Part shown: one piece after another, positions 1 to 10,598 of the stretch
Numbering within the stretch: the first letter of the stretch is position 1
How the letters are laid out: each line of letters starts with the position of its first letter
DNA from: a virus
Taxonomy: Duplodnaviria; Caudoviricetes
Direction: 5' to 3' (one strand)
Length of the DNA stretch: 64,000 nucleotides
IMG/VR virus record: IMGVR_UViG_3300024346_000003
Translations under genes and position numbers: made by a program
Notes under the pieces: generated by a model
Told to the model about the DNA's origin: nothing
What the model saw: only the letters and a program-made list of their open reading frames with translations
The model's database searches: none

Positions 1-4
1 ACCA

Positions 5-223
5 ATGGGTGATATATTTGGTGATGGACCAAATGCAATATCCTCAGCAATGCTAATACAAGCACAGGAACAAATTTCACATATACAAACTAAAGCTAAA
101 GTTACAACTGTAATTAAACCTGGCGCAGTTCAAATAACAGCTGTTGGTGGTAACGCTGGTGGACCAATCGTAGTTCAAGGTTCAAACGTATCATTAACAC
201 AAAATTCAGGAATACTACAATAA
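5..223 (+). CDS. hypothetical structural-region protein (probably 5'-truncated by window edge)
   Basis: ORF at window start, Gly/Val-rich; co-oriented with baseplate-like genes. Confidence 0.45.
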   Translation: MGDIFGDGPNAISSAMLIQAQEQISHIQTKAKVTTVIKPGAVQITAVGGNAGGPIVVQGSNVSLTQNSGILQ

Positions 224-224
224 T

Positions 225-407
225 ATGAAAACAGATTGGGAAGACAAAGGTAATAATGAGATATTATTAGAAATTAAACAATTACAATTAGACCACGAAG
301 CTCTAAAAATGAAAATAGCTAGAGAATTTGATAAATTAGTTGAAATTGAAAATAAATTTTATGATGCTAGTAAAATAATAAAAGAAAGATTAAGTGGTAA
401 AAAATAA
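225..407 (+). CDS. small coiled-coil hypothetical protein
   Basis: 60 aa helical ORF; TAATG stop/start overlap with next gene. Confidence 0.6.
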   Translation: MKTDWEDKGNNEILLEIKQLQLDHEALKMKIAREFDKLVEIENKFYDASKIIKERLSGKK

Positions 408-1483
408 TGAATACATCTAATTATAATACTGGCCGTCCTAGTTCATTTGATTTAGGAACAAAAACATTTAAAACTATGCAACTTGGTGAAGTTGTGTTAG
501 TTGACCCTATAAGTGTAAATCAAACAGACGCTAATCAAAAAAATCAGGATTTAGTTTATAATTCAGACCCTTATATCATTAGATGTAGAATAGCTGGTGG
601 TGAGTATGATAATAATAACGGAACCAATTCAACATTACCAAACTGTTTTCCACTTATGCCAAAAATGTTATCACCAATACCAAAATTAGGTGAAACTGTT
701 TTAATATTCATGTATGGTGAAGAAGATAGATATAGTGATAGGTTTTATATCGGACCAATAACCTCTAATCTAAATTTAATAAACAAACAAACATTAACTG
801 CTGGTTCAACCGCAAATTTATCTACTGGATTTTATTTACCACAAAAAGACTTATCAAAAGTTGAATCAGTAAAAGGCGTATATGCAGAATATGATAGTAA
901 TAACACATTCACTTTAAATGGTAGAGATAATGCTGATATTGTATTTAAACCAAGTGAAGTGTTAATAAGAGGTGGTAAATTTATTCAAAATAACCCACTA
1001 GAATTTAATCAATTAAACCCAGCGTATATACAAGTTAAAAATGGTTTTAATTATACTGATAATATTAACAACGCAATAACTACTATAACATCTTACTATG
1101 GTGTTGGTGGGCCAATATACGCACCAGCAACTAAAAAAATAAGTGTTAATAATATTGTGGCTGATAAAATTAATTTATTGACTTATAATGGCAGTCCTAA
1201 TTTTAATTTAACAGAAAGGGATTTATTAAATAGTACAACACCATATATTACAGACGATGAGCTTAATACAATACTATCAACTGCACACCCATTAGTATTT
1301 GGTGATGTATTAATAGAATATTTAAAAGCGCTGAGAGCAGCATTTGATACACATGTTCATAACCGCTTTGGCGCTGCACCACCAACTGATAATAAAACAA
1401 TAGGTAATGCTGTAAGTGATTTTAAAATTTTAGCACCTAAATTAGAGTCAGTAATGTTATCTAAAAATGTGAGAACTAATTAA
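407..1483 (+). CDS. putative baseplate hub/spike protein (gp5/VgrG-like N-terminal OB fold)
   Basis: GEVVLVDP...IRCRI...CFPLMP...IPKLGETVLIF...RFYIG pattern typical of gp5 OB-fold domains; C-terminal HxH (HVHN) typical of spike tips. Confidence 0.55.
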   Translation: MNTSNYNTGRPSSFDLGTKTFKTMQLGEVVLVDPISVNQTDANQKNQDLVYNSDPYIIRCRIAGGEYDNNNGTNSTLPNCFPLMPKMLSPIPKLGETVLIFMYGEEDRYSDRFYIGPITSNLNLINKQTLTAGSTANLSTGFYLPQKDLSKVESVKGVYAEYDSNNTFTLNGRDNADIVFKPSEVLIRGGKFIQNNPLEFNQLNPAYIQVKNGFNYTDNINNAITTITSYYGVGGPIYAPATKKISVNNIVADKINLLTYNGSPNFNLTERDLLNSTTPYITDDELNTILSTAHPLVFGDVLIEYLKALRAAFDTHVHNRFGAAPPTDNKTIGNAVSDFKILAPKLESVMLSKNVRTN

Positions 1484-1513
1484 TATTTCTAGATATTTAT
1501 TAATAAAAGGAAA

Positions 1514-2956
1514 ATGGTAATTAGAACATATTTCGATAGAAATAACACAATTATATTAGATGGTTACGCTAATACAGGTAGAAACCCTGTTTCTGAATTA
1601 TACTATGGTGGTGGTTCAACAAACAAATCTTATAGTAGATTTTTATTTCATTTTGATGAAACTAGATTAAAAAATCTACACAATGGTGGTACTTTTCCTA
1701 ATTTAGGGTTATTAAAACATACATTAATAATGACAAATACTGGCGCATTTGATTTAAACTTATTAGGTCGTGATACACCATATGGTAAACAAAGAGCATC
1801 ATCATTTGATTTAGTTGTTTTTAAATTACCACAAAATTGGGATGAAGGTGTTGGTTATGATTATAATATCGATGTACCATTACAAGAACCTAGTTATCAA
1901 AATACAAATGGGGCTGGAATCACAGTATACTCAACAAATCCATCAAACTGGACTTACGCACAAACAAATTTACCATGGAATAATGGACCTGGAACCTATA
2001 CTGGGTCACCAACACCTATAATGGTCGGTACGCAACACTTTGAACAAGGTAATGAAAATCTTGAAATTGATATTACTGACATTGTAAATACATATTTAAC
2101 TGGTGCAACAAATTATGGTTTAGGTATAGCATTCCCATATAGTTACGAACAAACAGTAACAACTGATTACCAAGCTGTCGGATTCTTTACCAGACATACA
2201 CAAACATTTTATGAACCATATGTTGAAACAACATATTCTTGTCATATAAAAGATGATAGAACTGATTTTTATCTGGATAAACCAAATAGAATATATCTAT
2301 ATGTTAACATAAATGGTACACCAACAAATTTAGATGAATTACCAACTGTTAATGTTTATGATAATTGTGGTACTATAATATCAAGTTATACTCAAAATGA
2401 TATAGCACATTGCACAAAAGGTGTTTACTATATTGATTTGCTTGTCCAAACAGGTGGAAATAACGAGCCTGGGGTGATTATAAATGATGTTTGGGGGAAT
2501 ATTATGATTAATGGTATAAACAGACCTGATATCGAATTATCTGTTGAATTAAAAGATTCATTAGATTATTATAATATTGGTGACGCTGATGACTTACCTA
2601 AAAAAGTTGGATTTAATATTTCTGGTATAAATCATAATGAAAAAATAAAGAGAGGTGATATTAGAAAAGTATTGGTTAGTACAAGAATACCATATACAGT
2701 AAATCAAACTCAAAAAATTGATAGATTGGATTATCGATTATATGTCAAAGAAGGTAAAAATGAATTCACAGTGATTGATTACCAACCATTAGAAATGACA
2801 CCAAATACTAATTATTTTTTATTGGATACTGCTAGTTTAATACCTAACACTTATTATTTAGATGTGAAATATGAATCTAATTTAGAGGTATCAACAAATA
2901 GAGAAGTTTTAAAATTTGATATTATATCTCAAGTTGAATTAAGAATTAGTCAGTAA
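1514..2956 (+). CDS. putative virion structural protein
   Basis: 480 aa beta-rich ORF in structural cluster, preceded by TATTTAT motif at 1494. Confidence 0.55.
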   Translation: MVIRTYFDRNNTIILDGYANTGRNPVSELYYGGGSTNKSYSRFLFHFDETRLKNLHNGGTFPNLGLLKHTLIMTNTGAFDLNLLGRDTPYGKQRASSFDLVVFKLPQNWDEGVGYDYNIDVPLQEPSYQNTNGAGITVYSTNPSNWTYAQTNLPWNNGPGTYTGSPTPIMVGTQHFEQGNENLEIDITDIVNTYLTGATNYGLGIAFPYSYEQTVTTDYQAVGFFTRHTQTFYEPYVETTYSCHIKDDRTDFYLDKPNRIYLYVNINGTPTNLDELPTVNVYDNCGTIISSYTQNDIAHCTKGVYYIDLLVQTGGNNEPGVIINDVWGNIMINGINRPDIELSVELKDSLDYYNIGDADDLPKKVGFNISGINHNEKIKRGDIRKVLVSTRIPYTVNQTQKIDRLDYRLYVKEGKNEFTVIDYQPLEMTPNTNYFLLDTASLIPNTYYLDVKYESNLEVSTNREVLKFDIISQVELRISQ

Positions 2957-3240
2957 TGAAAGAATTTATAAAAAATAGATTAAGAGAAAGTATATCAAAC
3001 CCAATATGTAATATAATGACAGTAAATACCTATGAAGAAGGTATTGAACACTTAAGAAAACATATTGGGACACCAGAAGAAAATCCAGAAGCTTGGGCTC
3101 AAATAACAAAACCACTTAAAATGTGGAAAGATATTACAATCCAAATTAGAAAAGAATTAGCTAGTGGTGCCACTGGTGATTCAGAAGTTGATGAATCAGA
3201 TACCTGGTGGTCAGCAATTATTAGTAGGTTTTGTAGATAA
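2956..3240 (+). CDS. hypothetical protein with MKxFIKxxLRES N-terminal tag
   Basis: TAATG overlap; N-terminus shared with several other ORFs in window. Confidence 0.65.
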   Translation: MKEFIKNRLRESISNPICNIMTVNTYEEGIEHLRKHIGTPEENPEAWAQITKPLKMWKDITIQIRKELASGATGDSEVDESDTWWSAIISRFCR

Positions 3241-3388
3241 TATAAAATACCTATTTACAATTTTTTATTTTACCGTATATTTATTAACAGTTAAACTCCG
3301 TATTAGTTTTGAGTCAAATTTGACTTTAGAGTTGTTTAGGCAACAAAGAAATTAGTACATTAATAACAAAAATTAAAAAGTTAAAAAA

Positions 3389-4210
3389 ATGAAAATTAGT
3401 GTAAACAGAGAGGTTTCTACCCCTCAAGCATTTATTGCTGTAAACAAAAGTAGAATTAAACAATATAATAAGTTAAATGAGACCCCAACTTATTATCTTC
3501 AAAAGGGGCAAGAATTCCAATTAGAATTATTTAATCCAACAACTGGGACTATTTTAGCTAAAATATTCTTAAATGGTAATGCTATATCACAAGGTGGACT
3601 TGTTTTAAAGCCAGGACAGCGTATTTTCCTTGATAGATACATCGATGTAGCCAAAAAGTTTTTATTTGATACCTACGAGGTCTCAAATACAAATGAAGTT
3701 AAAAAAGCTATTGAAGATAATGGTGATTTTAAAGTTGAATTCTATAAAGAATTTGTATTACAAGTTAAACCTAACTATTTTAGTGGTAATATTGGGACTA
3801 CAACTATTACTTACGTAAATAATAATCTAACAGATGGTACTTATAATCTTCCAGTTAATAATAATACTTTAGGGTTTTATGATACCCAATCACTATACTC
3901 AAATACAAAATTAAATGCAAATATAAATTTAAATTCTTTTAAGGGACCAAATATTAGAAGTAAAAAAAGTTTAACTAGGTCAATTGAAACTGGTAGAGTT
4001 GAACAAGGTTCACAATCAAGTCAAAAACTAACAACTGTTAATATGAATTGGGAAATTTATCCTTTCCATACCTTGGAGTATAAAATGCTACCATTATCTC
4101 AAAAAATAAACACATCTGAAGATATCAATATAAAACGATATTGTACAAACTGTGGTGCTAAACTAAGTAAGGGACATAAATTTTGTTCTAGTTGTGGCAC
4201 AAAAGCTTAA
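3389..4210 (+). CDS. hypothetical protein with C-terminal zinc ribbon
   Basis: CTNCG...KFCSSCG double CxxC at C-terminus. Confidence 0.75.
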   Translation: MKISVNREVSTPQAFIAVNKSRIKQYNKLNETPTYYLQKGQEFQLELFNPTTGTILAKIFLNGNAISQGGLVLKPGQRIFLDRYIDVAKKFLFDTYEVSNTNEVKKAIEDNGDFKVEFYKEFVLQVKPNYFSGNIGTTTITYVNNNLTDGTYNLPVNNNTLGFYDTQSLYSNTKLNANINLNSFKGPNIRSKKSLTRSIETGRVEQGSQSSQKLTTVNMNWEIYPFHTLEYKMLPLSQKINTSEDINIKRYCTNCGAKLSKGHKFCSSCGTKA

Positions 4211-4238
4211 ATAAATAAAAAGGAGTTAACTACAAAAC

Positions 4239-4269
4239 AAAAAAGGCCACCGTTAGGTAGCCTTTTTTT
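4239..4269. terminator. bidirectional intrinsic terminator
   Basis: AAAAAAGGC..GCCTTTTTT inverted repeat between convergent genes. Confidence 0.75.
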
Positions 4270-4286
4270 ATGAATTAGATTTTTAT

Positions 4287-4820
4287 TTAACTATTTTGTA
4301 TTTGATTGATTCGCTCTTTTTTTCTAACTATCTCTTCTTTATTCTGTGCTATAACACCAAAACGGTCCGCATATGTCCCATTTTTAAACTCTACTTCCAG
4401 AGAAGCAGTTTCTTTTTCTAATTGTTTAATTTGACGCTGTAATGATTTAATAGTCTTAATATCTTCTGGACGTAGGATACCTACCTCTTTACGTTCCCAA
4501 TATAATTCTGGTGGATTACCTACTTCAACTTTTGTAATACCTTTATCATCATAATACGCAAAATAAGGCCTACCATGTTCTGTATGACCTATTAACCCTT
4601 CACTTCGGTTGATTATAGATTTTAAAAAAGAAGCTTGTTTTTCACTTTTAAACATACCATTATTATTTTTAGCCAACCCTAATACAGACATTTTTAAATC
4701 AGTAAAATTTTCGGATAAAACATCTTTACTATTTTGAACCAACCCTTTTGATTCTAAATATCTTTGTTCAGCTAATAAATTTACTTTTTCTATATTAGTT
4801 GTTTTATCAAATCTTCTCAT
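4287..4820 (-). CDS. hypothetical protein, putative head-internal
   Basis: 177 aa ORF, MRRFDK...LLAEQRYLES N-terminus, TATTTATA motif upstream (4833-4840). Confidence 0.65.
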   Translation of the reverse strand: MRRFDKTTNIEKVNLLAEQRYLESKGLVQNSKDVLSENFTDLKMSVLGLAKNNNGMFKSEKQASFLKSIINRSEGLIGHTEHGRPYFAYYDDKGITKVEVGNPPELYWERKEVGILRPEDIKTIKSLQRQIKQLEKETASLEVEFKNGTYADRFGVIAQNKEEIVRKKERINQIQNS

Positions 4821-4849
4821 ATTCTTTTTAATTATAAATATCTAAAAAT

Positions 4850-5533
4850 TTATAAAAGTTTTGTCCCCTTGCTCAAATTATCTGACTCCCACAATGGTTG
4901 AAGATTATCCAAACACCAACATAATTTAAACTCTCTATCATCTGTAGTTTCAAAATTAAAACTAGTCATCGGTATCTTATGGTCAACGTGCCACTCACCG
5001 TAATTATCCCATGTCATCCCCTCTGTAAATTGTTTTTCTAAATGAGACATCAATTCCTCTAACGTGTAACCTAACAATTCAAATGTGGAACGATACTTAG
5101 CAACATTACGTTCTTTTAAACATGTCCACACAGCTGTTCGTGTCCTTACACCTAAACGATATTTTGGGTCAACACGTCTACGATTACGCTCATAATCACG
5201 TTTGTATTTATCAACATGTACCTTATTCAACTCTCGCCAATTACTATGTGTTTTACGCAGATGTTCTCTATTTTCTTTAGACCACTCTTTATGGTATTCA
5301 CTGAGTTTATCTTTATTCTTAGTTATATATCGTTTATCAGCTGCTGATTTACCGCCAATATTTCTTCGACCAGATTGACCCATTACAATACCATTCTCCT
5401 TTAGTGTTCTATTGATAACAGCTTTATGTACTTTAAATGCTTCACCAATTGATGGTGTACCCATTTTTTCCTCTACATACATTCTGATTATCTCTTTTGT
5501 ATCTTCTTCGTTAAATACTATTTTCTTACTCAT
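4850..5533 (-). CDS. free-standing HNH endonuclease
   Basis: WHVDHKIP...CWCLDNLQPLWESDNLSKG HNH motif; basic N-terminal DNA-binding region; directly downstream of capsid gene. Confidence 0.85.
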   Translation of the reverse strand: MSKKIVFNEEDTKEIIRMYVEEKMGTPSIGEAFKVHKAVINRTLKENGIVMGQSGRRNIGGKSAADKRYITKNKDKLSEYHKEWSKENREHLRKTHSNWRELNKVHVDKYKRDYERNRRRVDPKYRLGVRTRTAVWTCLKERNVAKYRSTFELLGYTLEELMSHLEKQFTEGMTWDNYGEWHVDHKIPMTSFNFETTDDREFKLCWCLDNLQPLWESDNLSKGTKLL

Positions 5534-5631
5534 ACCTTATATTTTATACAAATATACTAATAATATTTTAAATAGTCAATACAAAATAACCATAAAATCT
5601 ATTATTTATATAAAAAAGTTTATAACAACAA

Positions 5632-5659
5632 AAAAGGCTAGAAGTTAATCTAGCCTTTT
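5632..5659 (-). terminator. intrinsic terminator after major capsid gene
   Basis: AAAAGGCTAGA-loop-TCTAGCCTTTT perfect stem. Confidence 0.8.
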
Positions 5660-5680
5660 ATGTTATTGATTTATAAGATA

Positions 5681-7462
5681 TTATCTTAATTCATTGATGT
5701 TAAATGTTGGTACACCATCAACTCTTACATGTCCGTAAAAACGGTTGTTCACAACTTTTTTTGCATATCTCGTCATAATTCCCTTTACTGGTGCAAAGTT
5801 GAACGGGTTATACATTGTAGGTGTAAGTTGCATTGGCACGTATGGTGCGTAGATGTAACCTGTATCTAACAATGATTTTCCTTTATGACCGATAATCATT
5901 GAGTAGAAAGGTGCATATGGGTCACGGTACACTTGGTAACGACCTGACAATGAACCTACTCTTTCAATACCCATGTTGTATTGGTCTTGCTCTGGGTTAG
6001 CATCACTTACGTGGAAGTACTCTAAATCATCCATGATTGCAGATATTTCAGAAGAAATTACGATAAAGTTAGCACCACCTCTAAGGGTTGATTTGTGAAT
6101 TTGTGCTGAAATTTGGTTAACTTTAGTAATTAAAGTTTGATTCCAGTCTTTTTGCGTGTATGGACTAGCAGCTGAAGAAGCTTTTCTCCATCCGTTATAA
6201 TCCCAACGTAATTGCCATGCAGCAGCTTTTCTTAAGTCTCTTAAGATTTCACGGTCAATTTCAGCAGCAACTTGCTCAGAAAGCATAGCTGTTAATTCTG
6301 CCTCAGCATCGATGTTGTGGAATGCACTAACATCTTGAGCTAATTCTGGAGACCATGTAGCTCTTAGTTTTCTTTCTTCTACAGAAACAACAACTTCATC
6401 CAATTTGAATGATACTTCACCCATTTCAGTTTCTAATTCTAATGAATCATAACGTCCCCAAGCGATTGAGAAATCAAGAGCCGTTGTAGTTGTACCAGTA
6501 ACACCAACATAACCATCGTAAGTTGGAGTAGTAACAGCTGGGTGAGTTAAATCTAATTCAACATACATAACACCAACAGCGTCACAGATATCACCATAAG
6601 AAACGATACCTTTACCATATTTTTGTGTTACTAATCTGAATGGAACTGAACCATTAGCAGCAACAACTGCAAAACCATCTTGGTCAAGTAATGTATTGTC
6701 AGAAACAATGATTAATGATGCTAAGAAAGCTTCAGTATCCATTTCGTTTCCGTCTGGACCTGTTAATCTACCAGCTCTAACGTCAGAGAAACCAGAGATT
6801 GCAATAATTGCATTTCTAATTGAACCATCAGTTGCAGTAGGTAGGAAAGAAAAATCAGCAACTGTATTAAAGTTACCATTAGTACCTAAAGTTTTCAATA
6901 CACCATCACCAACTGCGATAGTCAATGTACCTTTAGAGTTATCAAACATACCATCGTTGTAGAAAATATCGTACAAGTTTTTAGCTTGGTATGGAGTTAC
7001 TGTACAACCGTCAACTGGTTGAACACAACTTGGTAATTGGTCACCCATACCTGTGTGTGCAGAGTAAGTAGTACCGTAAGGTGTTGTAGCGTAATTATCA
7101 CCAGCGTTTCCGTTAGCATCAACTCTTGAAGAAGTTTGAGGTACGAAGAAAAACAATTTACCGATTGGCATGTTCATAGCTTGTACAGATACTACATCAT
7201 TAGCTAATAATTTAGAGAAAACTCTTCTTACGATTGGGAAAACTACAGTTTCGAAAGAACCTGAAGACGTAGAGTCTGTAGCTTCAGTTAAAATTGAAGA
7301 AGCTTGGTTCTCATATAACTGAGCAACGTTTTCCTTAATGTGGCCCTTAAGACCTTCCAAGAATCCTAAAGATTCCCATTTAGATTGTGTTTGTCTACGG
7401 ATTTCCTTCATGTGGTTTAATCCGATGTTTCCAACTTGTCCTGAGTTTAAAAATTGTGACAT
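5681..7462 (-). CDS. major capsid protein (T4 gp23-like)
   Basis: KW..LG.LEGL..ENQ N-arm, VVSVQAMNMPIGKLFF, RKLRATWSPELAQD, AEIDREI, YAPYVP, GIMTRYA motifs. Confidence 0.96.
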   Translation of the reverse strand: MSQFLNSGQVGNIGLNHMKEIRRQTQSKWESLGFLEGLKGHIKENVAQLYENQASSILTEATDSTSSGSFETVVFPIVRRVFSKLLANDVVSVQAMNMPIGKLFFFVPQTSSRVDANGNAGDNYATTPYGTTYSAHTGMGDQLPSCVQPVDGCTVTPYQAKNLYDIFYNDGMFDNSKGTLTIAVGDGVLKTLGTNGNFNTVADFSFLPTATDGSIRNAIIAISGFSDVRAGRLTGPDGNEMDTEAFLASLIIVSDNTLLDQDGFAVVAANGSVPFRLVTQKYGKGIVSYGDICDAVGVMYVELDLTHPAVTTPTYDGYVGVTGTTTTALDFSIAWGRYDSLELETEMGEVSFKLDEVVVSVEERKLRATWSPELAQDVSAFHNIDAEAELTAMLSEQVAAEIDREILRDLRKAAAWQLRWDYNGWRKASSAASPYTQKDWNQTLITKVNQISAQIHKSTLRGGANFIVISSEISAIMDDLEYFHVSDANPEQDQYNMGIERVGSLSGRYQVYRDPYAPFYSMIIGHKGKSLLDTGYIYAPYVPMQLTPTMYNPFNFAPVKGIMTRYAKKVVNNRFYGHVRVDGVPTFNINELR

Positions 7463-7495
7463 AATTTTATTTTTTTTTTGTTTTTTTTATTATTA

Positions 7496-8845
7496 TTATC
7501 TTTTTTCGACTCTATTCATCAAATCTTTGATTCTTTGAGTTTCTTTGTCGATATAAGCGGTAGACTCATTTAATTGTTTTGATACACCACTTGTAACATC
7601 TTTATTTAATTTTCTATCGATTGATTCGGTCATTGGTTTTCTAGAAGACAATTCACTAACAATCGTTTTGTATAACCTTTTTGATTCTTTAAGAGTTGAA
7701 ACTTCTTCATCAAATCTTTTTAAGATTACTTGTTTCTCATCTTTAGTTGTAGTTTGTTCCATAAACAACTTAGTTACGTAAGTTAAATTAGAATTGAATA
7801 CAACTGTTTCTGCTAACATAGTTCTGAATTGTTTAAGAGCTTCTTTGTATTCTTCATTTTTACCTCTTAAATCTTTAGTTTCAGCTAACAGATTATTATA
7901 TTTGTTCGCAACTTCATTAATAGACATTGTTGATTTCTTAGACTCTTTTAAGTTATCAGCACCAGCACCTTTAGGTTGACCAATATTAGCTTTACCTGGT
8001 AATCTGTGTGCTTGACCAGAACCAACTGGAATTGATTCTTCCAAAGTTTCTTCTTCTTCAGTTTCTTCTTCTTCTTCAGATTCTGACATAACCATATCAC
8101 CTTCAGCTTTCGCATGAGCCATATCGTCATCAAATCCACCTTCTAAATTATCACCAGCCCAGTTATCGTCATTTTCATTACCCAACGGAGCTTTAATACC
8201 ATCAATGTTTTCCATCTCATCAAGTGCGATTTCATACATAACTTCGTCAACTTCTTCAGTTTCTTCTTCACCACCACCAAATGCATCAGCAGAAAATTCA
8301 TCAGTATCAACATCAGCTGTAAAATCATCAGCATCACCTTCAGGTTCTACTCCAGATTCTTCAGCGCCAGTTTTGATAATAAATTTCCCTGGTTCATTTA
8401 CAGATAGTTTAATGTCTCCTGTTTCATCGTCAACAACAACTTCAATTTCACTATCACCAGTAAGTTCTTTATAAACTCTGATAACAGCATCGTCAGACGC
8501 TCCTGTCATATCAACCGTGTCTCCACCAAGCGGCTCAGCGCTCATACTCATTTCGTCATTACCTTCTAGGTCATCACCTTCTATTGAGTCATCAGTTGTA
8601 ACTACATCATCAGTATCCGTTTCTTCTTCAGTATCTTCTACTTCAGCTCCCACTTCAACGTCATCTGTCGTTTCATCAGCATCTTCTTCATCATAATCTT
8701 TTTCAAAAGATTCTTTCACTAATCCATCAATTTCTTCGATAGCTACACTTCGAAGTATTTCTTTTGTGTTGGCGTTAAGTGCCTCTTGGATTCTTTTCGC
8801 ATCCAATAGAGCGCTTTCAATAATAGATTTATTTTTTTCTGCCAT
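7496..8845 (-). CDS. prohead scaffolding/core protein (gp22-like)
   Basis: highly acidic middle, coiled-coil C-terminus, position between protease and capsid genes. Confidence 0.75.
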   Translation of the reverse strand: MAEKNKSIIESALLDAKRIQEALNANTKEILRSVAIEEIDGLVKESFEKDYDEEDADETTDDVEVGAEVEDTEEETDTDDVVTTDDSIEGDDLEGNDEMSMSAEPLGGDTVDMTGASDDAVIRVYKELTGDSEIEVVVDDETGDIKLSVNEPGKFIIKTGAEESGVEPEGDADDFTADVDTDEFSADAFGGGEEETEEVDEVMYEIALDEMENIDGIKAPLGNENDDNWAGDNLEGGFDDDMAHAKAEGDMVMSESEEEEETEEEETLEESIPVGSGQAHRLPGKANIGQPKGAGADNLKESKKSTMSINEVANKYNNLLAETKDLRGKNEEYKEALKQFRTMLAETVVFNSNLTYVTKLFMEQTTTKDEKQVILKRFDEEVSTLKESKRLYKTIVSELSSRKPMTESIDRKLNKDVTSGVSKQLNESTAYIDKETQRIKDLMNRVEKR

Positions 8846-8949
8846 TTTTAAATGTTTTTTTAAATATTATTAAAGGGATTTACCCCTCACTTCTTTATAA
8901 ATATGTTTATTTTATCAAAAAGTTAATTTTTGAAAAAATTATTTATTAT

Positions 8950-9648
8950 TTAATCTAATAAAAATTTATTTAATCCATCGATTAATAAATTCTTTTCTAT
9001 TTTAACTGATTCAACGAATGGTTTAGATTCAGCCCTATCTTTAAACATCCAAGAGCCAGGTGTGCTAGGTGCTGTTACAATATCCCAACAAATTATTTCA
9101 AAATCTTCTTGAACAATGTGGTCACCATTAACTTCTCTTAATGAACCAACACCTCTAGATGATACACCAATCATAATATTATTTCTTAAAAGATTTGCAA
9201 CTTCATCACCTTTAGTTGATACAATACCAAGGTTAATATAACCTGGAGTCATTAAGATTTCCATTTTACCCATTAAGGTTTTACCTTCCCACCACGTTTC
9301 AATAATATTATGTGATACTCTATCACCAGCTATAATTGAAGACTCTGGGTGGTCTAATTCACCTATTGCTCTTCTTTCTCTAATTAATTGTTGGTACCTA
9401 TCATTTTCTCTTTTAAGAATTGGTTCTGGATATATCCTACCATTTCTATTTTTAACACTATGTTTTTGTAAGACAACATAAACAACTAGTGGTTCATTGA
9501 TAGTAGGGTGTGAGTCAGAATTCAAACTTTTCATTTCAGTTATAAAAGGTTTGTTTCTAATATCACTAGGCGAAATATAGCCAGCATCAGATTCAACCAT
9601 GAATCCAAAACCAGTCTCACCAGCTTTTAATATTTTAATGTCTGACAT
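8950..9648 (-). CDS. prohead core protease (T4 gp21-like, peptidase S77)
   Basis: NRNGRIYP, AIGELDHP, VSHNI, IGVSSRGVGSL, WDIVTAPSTPG motifs; start moved to MSDIK ATG at 9648. Confidence 0.93.
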   Translation of the reverse strand: MSDIKILKAGETGFGFMVESDAGYISPSDIRNKPFITEMKSLNSDSHPTINEPLVVYVVLQKHSVKNRNGRIYPEPILKRENDRYQQLIRERRAIGELDHPESSIIAGDRVSHNIIETWWEGKTLMGKMEILMTPGYINLGIVSTKGDEVANLLRNNIMIGVSSRGVGSLREVNGDHIVQEDFEIICWDIVTAPSTPGSWMFKDRAESKPFVESVKIEKNLLIDGLNKFLLD

Positions 9649-9712
9649 ATTACTTTTTATTAATAAATATGCCATATAAAACAAAAAACCCCGAACTTAA
9701 TTCGGGGCTTTA

Positions 9713-10150
9713 TTATTTTTTAGTTTTATGGAATTCAAAGTATTCCGATTCATCAAAAACACTTTCAATTATATTAGTGATAATTTCACTTATATGTTCT
9801 TTTATTTTTTTATCTTGTATTTTGAAGTTATTTAATTTAAACAATGTAATTTCACAATTCATATAACTTTTCTTGTCAAAGGATATTCCAGAATTTCGCA
9901 TATCTAAATCTACAATTGACCTACCTGATTCAAATAACCCTTTATCCAGATTATCAAATAGTTTTGATTTTATTTGTTTGTTTATTTTTCTGATTACATC
10001 AGAATAATTGATTTCACCATCAACCTTTGGTTTACCCCAAGCAGAAATAGTAATATACATTGCCTTTGGGTTTTTATTATCTATAGTTCCTGTGGTTATT
10101 TTATAATTTTTAAATAATTCTAGTTTCATTTGTTTTCCTGTTTTAAGCAT
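9713..10150 (-). CDS. hypothetical protein in head module
   Basis: 145 aa ORF followed by terminator-like AAAAAACCCGAA..TTCGGGG. Confidence 0.65.
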   Translation of the reverse strand: MLKTGKQMKLELFKNYKITTGTIDNKNPKAMYITISAWGKPKVDGEINYSDVIRKINKQIKSKLFDNLDKGLFESGRSIVDLDMRNSGISFDKKSYMNCEITLFKLNNFKIQDKKIKEHISEIITNIIESVFDESEYFEFHKTKK

Positions 10151-10192
10151 ATTTTAAATTTTTAATAATTATACTTAAAATAATCCAATAAG

Positions 10193-10588
10193 TCAACCCC
10201 TAGTAACCCTACCAATAAATACTAAACCATTAATTTCTGGGAAATATTTACCCTTCCAAGATACGGATATTAGATTACCATCTTTTTTGTATAAAGTTGA
10301 TTTAAACCCATCAAAATATTGACCACCTTTTTTAATAGTATCTATATGATTCATAACTGATGTTAATTCGTGTTTTGGTACTATATTCTCCCATCCTTTA
10401 TCAACGCAACTATATTCCATAATACCTGTTAGAAGCTCCCAATCACCATTTACAGCAATAAACTTATCCGTAGTGGATGATTGGATTAATCTAATAACAT
10501 AATCATTATGTCTTTCTGATAGTTTCTCAACTAATTCTAGTTGTTTTAATTCTAGTTTTGCAACTGTAATCTGTAACTGATTATTCAT
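10193..10588 (-). CDS. PAS-domain protein
   Basis: FIAVNGDWELLTG...KGWENIVPKHE...STLYKKDGNLISVSWKG...VFIGR PAS/PAC pattern; start reassigned to MNNQLQ. Confidence 0.7.
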   Translation of the reverse strand: MNNQLQITVAKLELKQLELVEKLSERHNDYVIRLIQSSTTDKFIAVNGDWELLTGIMEYSCVDKGWENIVPKHELTSVMNHIDTIKKGGQYFDGFKSTLYKKDGNLISVSWKGKYFPEINGLVFIGRVTRG

Positions 10589-10598
10589 AACTATAATA

